64,000 bases of DNA from Myxococcota bacterium (lineage in GTDB: Bacteria; Myxococcota_A; Polyangia; Polyangiales; Houyiibacteriaceae), in contig JBCCEA010000009.1 in assembly GCA_039030515.1 (NCBI GenBank), forward strand, positions 68,534 to 132,533, in the 5' to 3' direction. The stretch's first letter is position 1. Each line of letters opens with the position of its first letter. Below are positions 39,990 through 49,186 of the stretch, in pieces. The position numbers and the translations under genes are program-made. Under the pieces are notes generated by a model that did no database searches, had not been told where the DNA came from, and saw nothing but the letters and a program-made list of their open reading frames with translations.

Positions 39990-41669
39990 ATGACCGGAAT
40001 CAGACAGCCGCTGGACCCTCCATCCGCAAGCAGCTCTCTTCATACACTAGATGAACAGAGCGTATTCGACTGCATGCGTCTGTTGTACACGCGTCTTTCC
40101 GAAGATATGTGCGAGTCCGATCTTGCAGACGTGTTTATAGAAACAGTCGAGCCTCTACTCGTCGACCGACATATACTTTTGCGACTCATTTCCGGGGATC
40201 GCGGAGTTCGTACGTTCACCAGTGGACGTGGATCGCTGGCGGCAGATCGTCGAAACACAATAGAATTAACGACGAAAACCGTGACCGAATACCGACTTGA
40301 TCCTCACGAGCTCGAACGCCTCGGCTTCCTTATCGTAAAGGACTACCGAGAGAGTTTCGAGGAATGTCGATATGGATTTGATATCCCTCTCTTTAGCGAG
40401 GGCGAAATAGCGGGAACTCTCTGCATCGAGTCTCCGGGGCGAGACAAACACGTCGATCGTGATCGCAGGCTCGTCGGGCAACTCGCGGTGCTCTTGTCGG
40501 TATCCATTCGAAATGTTCGCCTGAGTCAACAAACCAGATATCTTCAGGAGTACTCGAGCAAACTTCTCGATCATGCGCACGCGCCGATCGTGGTTCTCGG
40601 AAAAAAACGTGACATCAAGTGGGTCAATCGCACCTTCCTGAGGGTCACAGAACTTCAGCGAGACGAGTTGATCGGCCAGGAGTTCACTGCCCTACTCAGC
40701 GATGCAGACCGCCCTCGATTCCTACCCGCTTTCTTAGATGCACTCCGCGGCAGTTCGACCAGCACATTGGAAATGACTCTGCCGAAAGCACAGGGTGGGA
40801 GCGCTCGAATATCGCTAAACATCGCTTCGTTGATGCAGATGCACGACGACGCCGGCACCGTGATCATCATCGGGCAGGATATGACCGAGGTGCGTGAGCT
40901 GGAGGAGCAAATCGTTCAGGCGGAGAAGCTGGCAACCCTCGGCCAACTCGCAGCCGGCGTAGTACACGAGCTCAACAATCCCCTAACCTCGATTACGGTG
41001 TATGGAGAATACCTGAAACAGAAATACTTGCGTTTAGGACTAGAGGCAAAGGATGCAGAAAAGCTCGACCGCATCGTGCAGAGTGCAAATCGGATACTTC
41101 GGTTTACCCGGGATCTCGTGACCTATGCACGACCTTCGGTTGAGGAACCATGCCGCTTGTCGATCCATGACGCTCTGAATCAAGCGATCGTTTTTTGTGA
41201 ACACATCCTGGACGAGTTCGGAGCACGCATCGAAAAGCGTTACTGCAGCGGGGAGGACGTCGTCTTCGGTGTCAAGAGTCCTCTGCATCAAGTGTTCATC
41301 AATCTCATCACCAATGCATGCCACGCTATGCCGGAGGGTGCTGGACACCTCGTCGTAGCAACGGAGCGAACAGAGACTCAGGTGGTGGTTCGGATCATCG
41401 ACAATGGTTCAGGTATACCGAGAGACATTCAGGACCGTATCTTTGAGCCATTTTTCACGACCAAGGGACAGGGCGTGGGAACCGGACTTGGCCTTTCTAT
41501 CGTCCGCAATATCCTGAACCAGCAGGGAGCTTCAATCTCCGTTCGCAGCGAACTAGGGGAAGGGACCTCGTTCTCGATACGTTTGCCGTTGCCGTCGGAG
41601 ACGCGTCTCAAAGGCTCTGCAGACACAGAGGTAGAGCGAAAGATCCAAAAGCCTCAGGGGGAACTCTGA
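39990..41669 (+). CDS. GAF/PAS sensor histidine kinase (NtrB-like)
   Basis: VVHELNNPL, QVFINLITNA, DNGSG, FEPFFTTK, GTGLGL. Confidence 0.93.
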   Translation: MTGIRQPLDPPSASSSLHTLDEQSVFDCMRLLYTRLSEDMCESDLADVFIETVEPLLVDRHILLRLISGDRGVRTFTSGRGSLAADRRNTIELTTKTVTEYRLDPHELERLGFLIVKDYRESFEECRYGFDIPLFSEGEIAGTLCIESPGRDKHVDRDRRLVGQLAVLLSVSIRNVRLSQQTRYLQEYSSKLLDHAHAPIVVLGKKRDIKWVNRTFLRVTELQRDELIGQEFTALLSDADRPRFLPAFLDALRGSSTSTLEMTLPKAQGGSARISLNIASLMQMHDDAGTVIIIGQDMTEVRELEEQIVQAEKLATLGQLAAGVVHELNNPLTSITVYGEYLKQKYLRLGLEAKDAEKLDRIVQSANRILRFTRDLVTYARPSVEEPCRLSIHDALNQAIVFCEHILDEFGARIEKRYCSGEDVVFGVKSPLHQVFINLITNACHAMPEGAGHLVVATERTETQVVVRIIDNGSGIPRDIQDRIFEPFFTTKGQGVGTGLGLSIVRNILNQQGASISVRSELGEGTSFSIRLPLPSETRLKGSADTEVERKIQKPQGEL

Positions 41670-41673
41670 AGAA

Positions 41674-41804
41674 TCGACACTGAGCTGTTCGACACTGAGC
41701 TGTTCGACACTGAGCTGTTCGACACTGAGCTGTTCGACACTGAGCTGTTCGACACTGAGCTGTTCGACACTGAGCTGTTCGACACTGAGCTGTTCGACAC
41801 TGAG
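41674..41804. repeat. Perfect 15-bp tandem repeat (TCGACACTGAGCTGT), 8 copies + 11 bp
   Basis: Read directly; intergenic between convergent genes. Confidence 0.97.
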
Positions 41805-41826
41805 TGAAACAGGACGCGATGGGGGA

Positions 41827-44031
41827 TCACTCGTCAGAAACGACCAGCTCTAATGAGTTCCCTCGGATTGAAACGCGATAGGCGGGCTGTGCTCCGCGCA
41901 CGAACTGAATCGAGAGCTCTGAGTGGTCTCCTCGATTCAAAATCATCGATCGCTCGATCAGTGGGTGATTTCTGGCAATCGGACCCGCGCGATCAAGAGA
42001 TAGCGCTCCGTGCGCCGTAATCGAGAACCCTCTCGCCTCAGGCACACCACGCAAAAACTCTACGGTGCGACTCATACGCAGGTGATACGTGCGACCGGCG
42101 GCGTCAGGGTCACCGAAACTCTGCGTAGCGCTAGCTGGGGGGGTCGGAGCCGCTCCACCTCGAACGTCAACGGCGTAGGGCGAGCCCTCAGGAAGTGAAC
42201 GAGGCTCTTGTGGAGCTGGTGCGCCGTCAAGCGAGGGAAACCTTGGAGATGCGATCAGCCCCGAGCTCCTCTGTGGCTCTCCGAGAGCCGTCGGCATAGA
42301 CGTCGGCACGGAAGCCGCCGCGGTGTTCGAACCTGAGGGCGCAGAGGATGAAGCAGCGACAGCCGGTGATGCGGTAGTCGGTGGTGGAGCCGCACTTCGC
42401 GTATCTTGAGAGGACAAGGATAGCGCATCGGCATAGCTCGGATCGGGAGCGGCGGATGGGGGAAGCTCTGGTTTAGACGGCCAAAAAGCGTATCCTGCGG
42501 ACCCAACTCCAGCGAGCGCCAGTACGGCAAGAATGACTGGGCGACTTCGTGAAACACTTGGTGCCGGCTCCGTCCTACGAGACTGCCCCTGGACTCGAAC
42601 CTTCGCGCGGCTGGTCTGCGGACGCTTCTTCATCGCGGCTTGCTTACGACGCGAGCGCATCTGCAACCCGGGGAAGAGCGACTTGGAGGGGAACATGGAA
42701 CGCATTCGGTCAAAAGTCGGCTGAACGCGAATGAATCGGAACAATGCGCGTTGCTTCACGCCCGAAAGCAATCGAGCCCCTACCGCCGTCAACACACGCA
42801 AGACGGGCTGAATCCTCTGGAGAATCACGAGAAAGCCATTGCCAACCTGGACAACCGCAGTTCGCGCGTCTTCGAGAACTTCGCGACCGGTCTGGGCAGA
42901 GGACTCCTTGCTTGAACCGGTCAAGCTGCGCTGTGCATCCAAAGGTTCCCCTGAGCGAGATCTCTCTAAGTTCGCTAGAAACTCGTGGGGCACCTCGGAA
43001 GAGCTAGGTGCGGCATCCACCAGGCGTTCCTCAGTCGGTTGGATTCGTCCATCCCTGGATTCGGGCAGCGACCGAATGGGGTTCGCCTGTGCATTGGCCG
43101 CGACCCGTAAACCGAAGGGTAAGAGGGTGTCGTGCACGGTATCGTCGTGAATTTGCGGCAGGGTGGTCACGGAGCTCGCTTCACCGGACTTCTGTTCGCC
43201 AGAGCTCTCTTCACCGGATCTCTGTTCGCCGGAAGTTGGTTCGCCGGACTGCTCTGCGTCCCATAGAACACCGAGCAGGAGCCGGGGCACGTCACGCTCC
43301 ATCCGGAGCTCGACCGTCTGCAGCGTGCCAAGCCGACCCTCCGCGCCTTCCCGAATGCCCATTCCAATACGAAGAAAAGGCAGTTCTTGCTCGACGATTA
43401 GACAGTCATCTACTCGATGCACTACCGATGCCAATATCGGGGTAGACACCCGCTCCAGGAAAAGCTGAGTTTCTTCGGCAAGATCTTCTTCCGGAGAAAC
43501 AACCTCAGGACTCGGGGAATTCCAGGACGCCTCTCGATCCACAACCGGCTGATCCGAAGCGGGAATCGATTGCGGCTCAGTGCGAGTCGAAAGAGACCGC
43601 GAGGAGGCGGCCACAGACTGCGCCATAGGTTTACGAAGCGGCACATGAATCGACCCGTAGGAGGTCATCTGCTTGAGCACCATCGACTCGATCATCCGGC
43701 GAGAAGACGGACCTACATCGGTGAACCGGAGTCCAAATTCACCGGTGTGTCGGCCCCGATCGGCCGTCCACACTACTTCGGCTGCAGCCTCGACCACAAA
43801 GCGTTCGTCCTCCGGAAACGAGAATCTGCACCGGAAAGGTGCCCCCACCCGAGGCAACTGGGACGCTCTCAACGACAGACCACCCAGCCCCAGATTCACC
43901 CCGTCTACACCGAATGACTCTGCACCGAATGACTCTGCACGGTCCGACTGGGACAGCTCAACCGTGACTTCCCCCATCGGCACCCGGGGCGCCTCTTCGT
44001 TACGTCGCTCAATCGCGATCTCCATGATCAC
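41827..44031 (-). CDS. PilZ-domain membrane protein with long disordered linker
   Basis: ERR...RVP, NLGLGG, AEVVW..FGLRF PilZ; TM segment near residue 500; Pro/Ser/Ala linker; C-terminal beta domain. Confidence 0.75.
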   Translation of the reverse strand: MIMEIAIERRNEEAPRVPMGEVTVELSQSDRAESFGAESFGVDGVNLGLGGLSLRASQLPRVGAPFRCRFSFPEDERFVVEAAAEVVWTADRGRHTGEFGLRFTDVGPSSRRMIESMVLKQMTSYGSIHVPLRKPMAQSVAASSRSLSTRTEPQSIPASDQPVVDREASWNSPSPEVVSPEEDLAEETQLFLERVSTPILASVVHRVDDCLIVEQELPFLRIGMGIREGAEGRLGTLQTVELRMERDVPRLLLGVLWDAEQSGEPTSGEQRSGEESSGEQKSGEASSVTTLPQIHDDTVHDTLLPFGLRVAANAQANPIRSLPESRDGRIQPTEERLVDAAPSSSEVPHEFLANLERSRSGEPLDAQRSLTGSSKESSAQTGREVLEDARTAVVQVGNGFLVILQRIQPVLRVLTAVGARLLSGVKQRALFRFIRVQPTFDRMRSMFPSKSLFPGLQMRSRRKQAAMKKRPQTSRAKVRVQGQSRRTEPAPSVSRSRPVILAVLALAGVGSAGYAFWPSKPELPPSAAPDPSYADALSLSSQDTRSAAPPPTTASPAVAASSSAPSGSNTAAASVPTSMPTALGEPQRSSGLIASPRFPSLDGAPAPQEPRSLPEGSPYAVDVRGGAAPTPPASATQSFGDPDAAGRTYHLRMSRTVEFLRGVPEARGFSITAHGALSLDRAGPIARNHPLIERSMILNRGDHSELSIQFVRGAQPAYRVSIRGNSLELVVSDE

Positions 44032-44167
44032 TCCCTCGCCCGTATCCCGTGCTCGGGCCTATGGGCCTACGCTCTACGTGTCGCGGAAGCTGAGGATTTC
44101 GTCCAGTTTTCTACGCCATCTCAGCATGGCACACGCTTGACCAGATACGTCCGCAAGTACAGTCTGA

Positions 44168-45103
44168 ATGCGCTCCATGGGGATCCGATTGCGCGTTCGC
44201 TCGCGTTGGCGAGCACACCAGAACCTGAACATTGTCTACGAGTTCGATCAAGAACGCATCGTAATCGGCAGAGGCCCGCACACCGACGTTCGCCTCCCGC
44301 ACCCCACCGTCGCTCTGCATCACGCGACGATTCGAACCGACCATCGAGGCACGGCGGCGGTCGACGAACACTCTCTCAACGGCACCTGGATCGATGATCG
44401 GCAGCTCGTCCCAGATCGCGCCAAGAATCTGAGGAGGAACGAAGCGATTCAGGTCGGCGGGTTCGAACTCTACGTTTCCCTCGGCGTGCCGGTAATCGAG
44501 AGCACATCCGTTGAACAAATCGAAGCCCATGCCCGATCTATCGCCTTTGCATTTCTAATTCCGGAACGCGCCCTGCCCTACTGCATATCGGAACCGAGCT
44601 CCGAATCGGTGCCTCTCGGGATAGAAGCCGCGTCAGACACGCTGCAACGAGCTGGCTACGCGCTCTCGCAGCCGCACGGCCCTCACGGCAGGGTCAGACT
44701 ACTCGGGGGTCCGGGAGGGGCGAAAGTCAACGGCAAACCGGTACTATCGCGATGGATGCAAAATGCCGACGTGCTCGAGTGCGAGGAAACGGTGCTCACC
44801 TTGATCGACCCGCTGCAGGGGCAACTTCAGCAGAATACGGAACTCAAGGAGGAACACCTGGAGCCGCCCACCTTTTCGTTCGCGGCCTTTGAGCCTTCCG
44901 GCTGCCAGGTCGAACCAGCTCCTAAAACCGCTTCAAGTTCCGTCCAAGCTGGGCCCGGTCGCGAACAAGCAGACGCAAAGCCTACCGCTGCTCCAACGCG
45001 CAAACGACCAACTTCGCAAGCAGATTTGTTCTTGGTTGTGCTCGCGGCTGCCGTGTTCATCCTCAGCAGCATCGGACTCTTCGTGCTTCTCGGCAACGGT
45101 TAG
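44168..45103 (+). CDS. FHA-domain protein with C-terminal TM
   Basis: IGRG..DVRL.HPTVALHHA..SLNGT; second degenerate FHA (VNGKPV..MQNADV); C-terminal TM. Confidence 0.8.
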   Translation: MRSMGIRLRVRSRWRAHQNLNIVYEFDQERIVIGRGPHTDVRLPHPTVALHHATIRTDHRGTAAVDEHSLNGTWIDDRQLVPDRAKNLRRNEAIQVGGFELYVSLGVPVIESTSVEQIEAHARSIAFAFLIPERALPYCISEPSSESVPLGIEAASDTLQRAGYALSQPHGPHGRVRLLGGPGGAKVNGKPVLSRWMQNADVLECEETVLTLIDPLQGQLQQNTELKEEHLEPPTFSFAAFEPSGCQVEPAPKTASSSVQAGPGREQADAKPTAAPTRKRPTSQADLFLVVLAAAVFILSSIGLFVLLGNG

Positions 45104-45173
45104 TCCCGTTAGGATATGCAACCAACCCAAAATGAATCGCTCACCAAGCGCTACGTCAAAAGTCAGGAACTCG

Positions 45174-46928
45174 ATGCTTCGATACGTATCTCTGGGTACT
45201 CTTTTTCTTGCGACAGGGTGCACGATTTTTCTTGCGACAGGGTGCACGATCACCACGCCGGGATCCTCGATCACCTATTCCAACGCTGCGAACGCGCGAC
45301 CGGCAACCACCTCCGTTGCGCAACCCGCATCTCAGATGGTTTCGGGACCGATATCGAGCGACCCAAGGGAGGCGGTCAACCAGATCGATAGCCATTTGCG
45401 CTCGCAGGGCTTCTTGCGAGTTGGCCCGGTCAGCCACAATCCGAACATGCCGGTGGGCGGGCTCATCGCCTACGCCCTCAACGCTCAGCGGGGGCAGTGT
45501 TACATGGCGATCGCGGTGGGAGCTTCAGGCGGGAACTTGAACCTAGCGGTGATCGATCCAGCCGGAAACAACGTGGGCCACAACGTGCTGCCAGATGCTC
45601 ATCCGTGGATCGGAACGTGCGCAACGCAGCAAGGCAGATACATCGCTCGACTTCAGCGAATTTCCGGTTCGGGTAGCTACTACTTCGCGCTCTATCAAGG
45701 ACCTCGTCCCATCGATCTCAGCCATCTTTTTGGCGATAGAGGAGCCGCGCAAGTTCAAAGCGCCGCGATCGACCAGGCGACGGGACAGCGACTTGCATCG
45801 CTTGACGCTCAGCTAAGCCCGAGCGGTTTTCAGAGGACGGCTGAGCCCGAGGGAGTTCAGCTGAGCGAGAGCGAGGACCGTCGTTTCATCCTGAATCTTC
45901 AGCAAGGTTACTGCTACACCTTCGCGTCACTTGGCGGCCCCGGCGCGAGCGATACCGACGTGTTCGTCACGGACGGTTCCGGAAACCAGCTTGCCCAAGA
46001 TTCAAGCGTGAATCTGGATGCCACCGTCGATTTCTGTCCAGCGTCCACCGGGACCTACGCTCTACGCGCGCTGATGTATCGCGGAAGCGGCCCGATCTTC
46101 ATCGCTGCCTGGGCGAAACCGCAGCAGGCGGCCACGGCTTCCTCGGGGGCAGCAAACACCTCGGTCATCACTGGAGAATCCCACGCGGGTGCCAGTTTGG
46201 ACGAGAACTACCGCGTTTTGGACAGCGAAATGCGGGCTCGAGGCTACGAGCCCATCGGAACTGCAAATCGAGGGAGCCTTGAGCACAACAGAGACCAGAA
46301 CTTCTCGCTCAACCTCGAAGGTGGGAAGTGTTACGCGATTGTGGCTGTCGGCGACAACAGGGTGCGCGATCTCGATCTTTTTGTGCTGGACTCAAGCAGA
46401 CGGGAAATCGATCGAGATATCGAAACCGACGCCCGGCCGATTGTGAGAGTGTGTCCCGAGCAGTCTGGTGCATTCACCATGAGGGTGCGCATGCACAACG
46501 GTCAGGGGGAGTTCCTGTATCAGCCCTATCGATGGCCCCGAGGGACGCGCGGTCCTTTTGGCCTGAACGGCCTGATCTACGTGCGCTTGGCTGAAGTCAC
46601 GTCGCTGCTCAGCGTGGAAGGATTTGAGCCGGATCTCGATGCGGCTCCCGGCCGCGGGGTCTTACGCAGCGAAGGACAGTCGACGCAGCACTCGGTCGCG
46701 CTCGGGGAACAAGCTTGCTTCGCGGTTTTGGTCGTTGGGGGTTCAGGTCTACACGATTTAGACCTCTCACTCATCTCCGGGAGAAGAGAACTGGCTTCAG
46801 ACGGATCCACCAATGCCTTTCCTACCGTTCGCCACTGCACCGATGCACCGGAGCGGCTTTCTCTCAAAATCGAGGCTCACTCTGGTGAAGGCGAATACTT
46901 TTACCAGATATTTCGACGCGCCAGCTAA
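45174..46928 (+). CDS. Lipoprotein with four tandem PPC-like beta-sandwich repeats
   Basis: Four units of G.CY...A.G...DLDL.V.D..G..LA.D....P.V..C. LATGC lipobox is duplicated. Start 45132 or 45174. Confidence 0.7.
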   Translation: MLRYVSLGTLFLATGCTIFLATGCTITTPGSSITYSNAANARPATTSVAQPASQMVSGPISSDPREAVNQIDSHLRSQGFLRVGPVSHNPNMPVGGLIAYALNAQRGQCYMAIAVGASGGNLNLAVIDPAGNNVGHNVLPDAHPWIGTCATQQGRYIARLQRISGSGSYYFALYQGPRPIDLSHLFGDRGAAQVQSAAIDQATGQRLASLDAQLSPSGFQRTAEPEGVQLSESEDRRFILNLQQGYCYTFASLGGPGASDTDVFVTDGSGNQLAQDSSVNLDATVDFCPASTGTYALRALMYRGSGPIFIAAWAKPQQAATASSGAANTSVITGESHAGASLDENYRVLDSEMRARGYEPIGTANRGSLEHNRDQNFSLNLEGGKCYAIVAVGDNRVRDLDLFVLDSSRREIDRDIETDARPIVRVCPEQSGAFTMRVRMHNGQGEFLYQPYRWPRGTRGPFGLNGLIYVRLAEVTSLLSVEGFEPDLDAAPGRGVLRSEGQSTQHSVALGEQACFAVLVVGGSGLHDLDLSLISGRRELASDGSTNAFPTVRHCTDAPERLSLKIEAHSGEGEYFYQIFRRAS

Positions 46929-47689
46929 TGGTTTCGCTCCCAAAGCAGCCTGAGACCCTCCAAGGTGAGAAACTCGTCCACGGTTTCGATGGTACGGCTC
47001 TCAACCTGAATCAAATACGCCAACCCCCCGGTGGCGATCACCACACACGGATCACCGATTTCCTCTCGCAGCCGAGAGACCAAACCGTCGACCAGGCCGA
47101 CGTAGCCGAAGACGATTCCTGACTGCATCGAATGAACCGTATTTCGGCCGATCGCGCGCATGGGTTTCGCAATCTCCGTGCGTGGAAGTTTTGCCGCTCG
47201 TGAAAAAAGAGCGTCAGCGCTTATCTGGACTCCGGGTGCAATGGCGCCACCCAGATACTCACCGTTACTGGAGATGCAGTCAAAGGTGGTCGCTGTTCCA
47301 AAATCCACCACGATCACCGCGCCTCCAACACTCTCATAGGCCGCCACCGCATTGACGATTCGATCCGCCCCAACCTCTCTTGGGTTCTCATAGAGGATGG
47401 GCATACCGGTCTTGATACCGGGACCGACCACCAGCATCTCGTGGCCGAAAGCACGCCGCACCGCCTCCACGAAGACATCGTTTAGAGACGGCACAACCGA
47501 AGCGAGGATGCTTGCTTGAACCTTAGGACGATGAATCCCGGCAAGGTCTAGCAGGCTGGTGATCAGGATATGGTACTCGTCGGTTGTGCGGCCCTTGGTC
47601 GTCTCTACCGAAAACTTATGGATCAGCTTCGCGTCCTCGTAGATTCCCAGAGCTGTTTGAGTGTTGCCGATATCGACCACAAGCAACAT
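46925..47689 (-). CDS. coaX: Type III pantothenate kinase
   Basis: VDIGNT, GADR, VDFGTATT, GGAIAPG, ATGG. Confidence 0.96.
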   Translation of the reverse strand: MLLVVDIGNTQTALGIYEDAKLIHKFSVETTKGRTTDEYHILITSLLDLAGIHRPKVQASILASVVPSLNDVFVEAVRRAFGHEMLVVGPGIKTGMPILYENPREVGADRIVNAVAAYESVGGAVIVVDFGTATTFDCISSNGEYLGGAIAPGVQISADALFSRAAKLPRTEIAKPMRAIGRNTVHSMQSGIVFGYVGLVDGLVSRLREEIGDPCVVIATGGLAYLIQVESRTIETVDEFLTLEGLRLLWERNH

Positions 47690-47814
47690 GAAGCGTCCTC
47701 GCGTGTGTTTCTGCCCGAACGGGCCGTCCAGAGCGGAGTGTAGTCCTGAGACAATCTAGTCAACCCCGCTACCGGCTTAATAAGTCGAAAGGAGAACTTC
47801 TAAGAAAAAACCGA

Positions 47815-48519
47815 TCAGGATGAGCTTGACGGCTTTGGACGAAGCGCAAGCGTTCTTGCCATCAACTGACCAAAGGTCTCAGGCGCGGGTGCGGCGCGCT
47901 TCACTTGGGCGACCGGACTGGACGCTTGCAGGGGTTCCGGCTCAAACTTTGCAGGCTCAGACGGGGATGATTCAGCGACGGGTTGGTCCGCGTAGGCCTG
48001 CTCGACCCCAGCACGTTCTGCAACCGCCTGCTCCAAGACTGAGCGCGCAGCGGCCGGTGACTCTGCGATCTGCGGCGCATCCTCAGACCCTAAGTTGGCG
48101 TCGAGCTCGATTTCGAGGGTGTCGCCAAACATACCCTCACCCAAGATGTCCGGTGAGGAATCTTCGATCGGATCGGCTTCTGCAGGAGCCGAAACAGGAG
48201 CGGACGACGAGCGATCCGAGGGCTTTGTGTCTGGCGAAACTGGAACCTCCGACGTGCTCGAGAGGTTCTCGGTAGCCCCACGAGCCGCAATCTCCATGGG
48301 ACTTCCAGGTCGGGTCGCGTTCGTTTTGGAGTCGATTGCCCTTGGCTCAACCGAGGCGATAGCTCCCGTCAAGTCAACCGGGTCTTGCGCATCGACCGGA
48401 GCCTGAACGCTCACCGGATCTTGCGGAAGAGGCGGGGTGTTTGCGAAGCGGCCCCTGGGCAGGGTTCGATTTCTCTGAACCCGGGCAAGCAGTTCCTCTA
48501 ACTGTGAAACCGTAGTCAC
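47815..48519 (-). CDS. Hypothetical low-complexity protein
   Basis: GTGA overlap with the upstream gene; LEELLARVQRNR N-helix; TFGQLMARTLALRP C-motif. Confidence 0.6.
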   Translation of the reverse strand: MTTVSQLEELLARVQRNRTLPRGRFANTPPLPQDPVSVQAPVDAQDPVDLTGAIASVEPRAIDSKTNATRPGSPMEIAARGATENLSSTSEVPVSPDTKPSDRSSSAPVSAPAEADPIEDSSPDILGEGMFGDTLEIELDANLGSEDAPQIAESPAAARSVLEQAVAERAGVEQAYADQPVAESSPSEPAKFEPEPLQASSPVAQVKRAAPAPETFGQLMARTLALRPKPSSSS

Positions 48520-49061
48520 TTCTCCCCCGCTTCTAGTCTGCCCACGATCGAAGATACGTCGGTTCCCTCTCGAGACCACATCCATACCTGCTCGGCAATG
48601 CTCGGGCTCACCACGAGAAAGCGGAGCGAATCGATGGGCACGCAGGCAACTTCAGCGCCACCCAGAATGCTAAAGACGCCTCCGAGTAAAGCAGCAACCC
48701 CGAGGCGGCCTTCGTCTAGCTTTGGCCCTTCCCGCATCACGATCGCGAGGGCGTCGCCCCATCGCTCCGTGCTGAGTCGACCCCAGCCGAACACGGAAAT
48801 TAGATCCGCCGCGCACTGGATCACATCGGCAGGAGCATGATCGGCAACCTCGCCGGACATCGATTTTTGGACGTCAGCGCCGATCTCCTTACCCATCTGG
48901 CGAACCGCGGTAAGGTCTCCGTGATGCACCGCTGCGGACACCAGTGGTCCAACGACGTTGTCCGATAGAACGAGTACTCGACCGCCATGCCGTGTACGTA
49001 CCGCTCCTGCCGCCAGGTCGAACTCGTAGAATCCGCCGGGGTCAAAGCAAGGCTCAGCCAT
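48516..49061 (-). CDS. V4R/XylR-N-like small-ligand-binding protein
   Basis: FDLAAGAV..RVLVL, GKEIG, GWGRL, LLGGVFS pattern. Confidence 0.55.
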   Translation of the reverse strand: MAEPCFDPGGFYEFDLAAGAVRTRHGGRVLVLSDNVVGPLVSAAVHHGDLTAVRQMGKEIGADVQKSMSGEVADHAPADVIQCAADLISVFGWGRLSTERWGDALAIVMREGPKLDEGRLGVAALLGGVFSILGGAEVACVPIDSLRFLVVSPSIAEQVWMWSREGTDVSSIVGRLEAGEK

Positions 49062-49186
49062 GCGTCTCATCCTCCACGATTGGGTTGAAAGGTACGACAC
49101 AATGAGCCCGGATGAGTAGAAAATCCGGCAACTTTCTGCGCTGAAACTCCGTTTGCACCAAGCCAACACCCGAAAGGCCGAGGCGT

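Noticed and set aside
41674..41804. Tandem repeat as a CRISPR array
   Set aside because: Units are contiguous with no spacers, only 15 bp long, and no cas genes are in the window.
44127..44141. TGGCAC..TTG as a sigma54 promoter
   Set aside because: Spacing is one base short and the -12 GC is missing.
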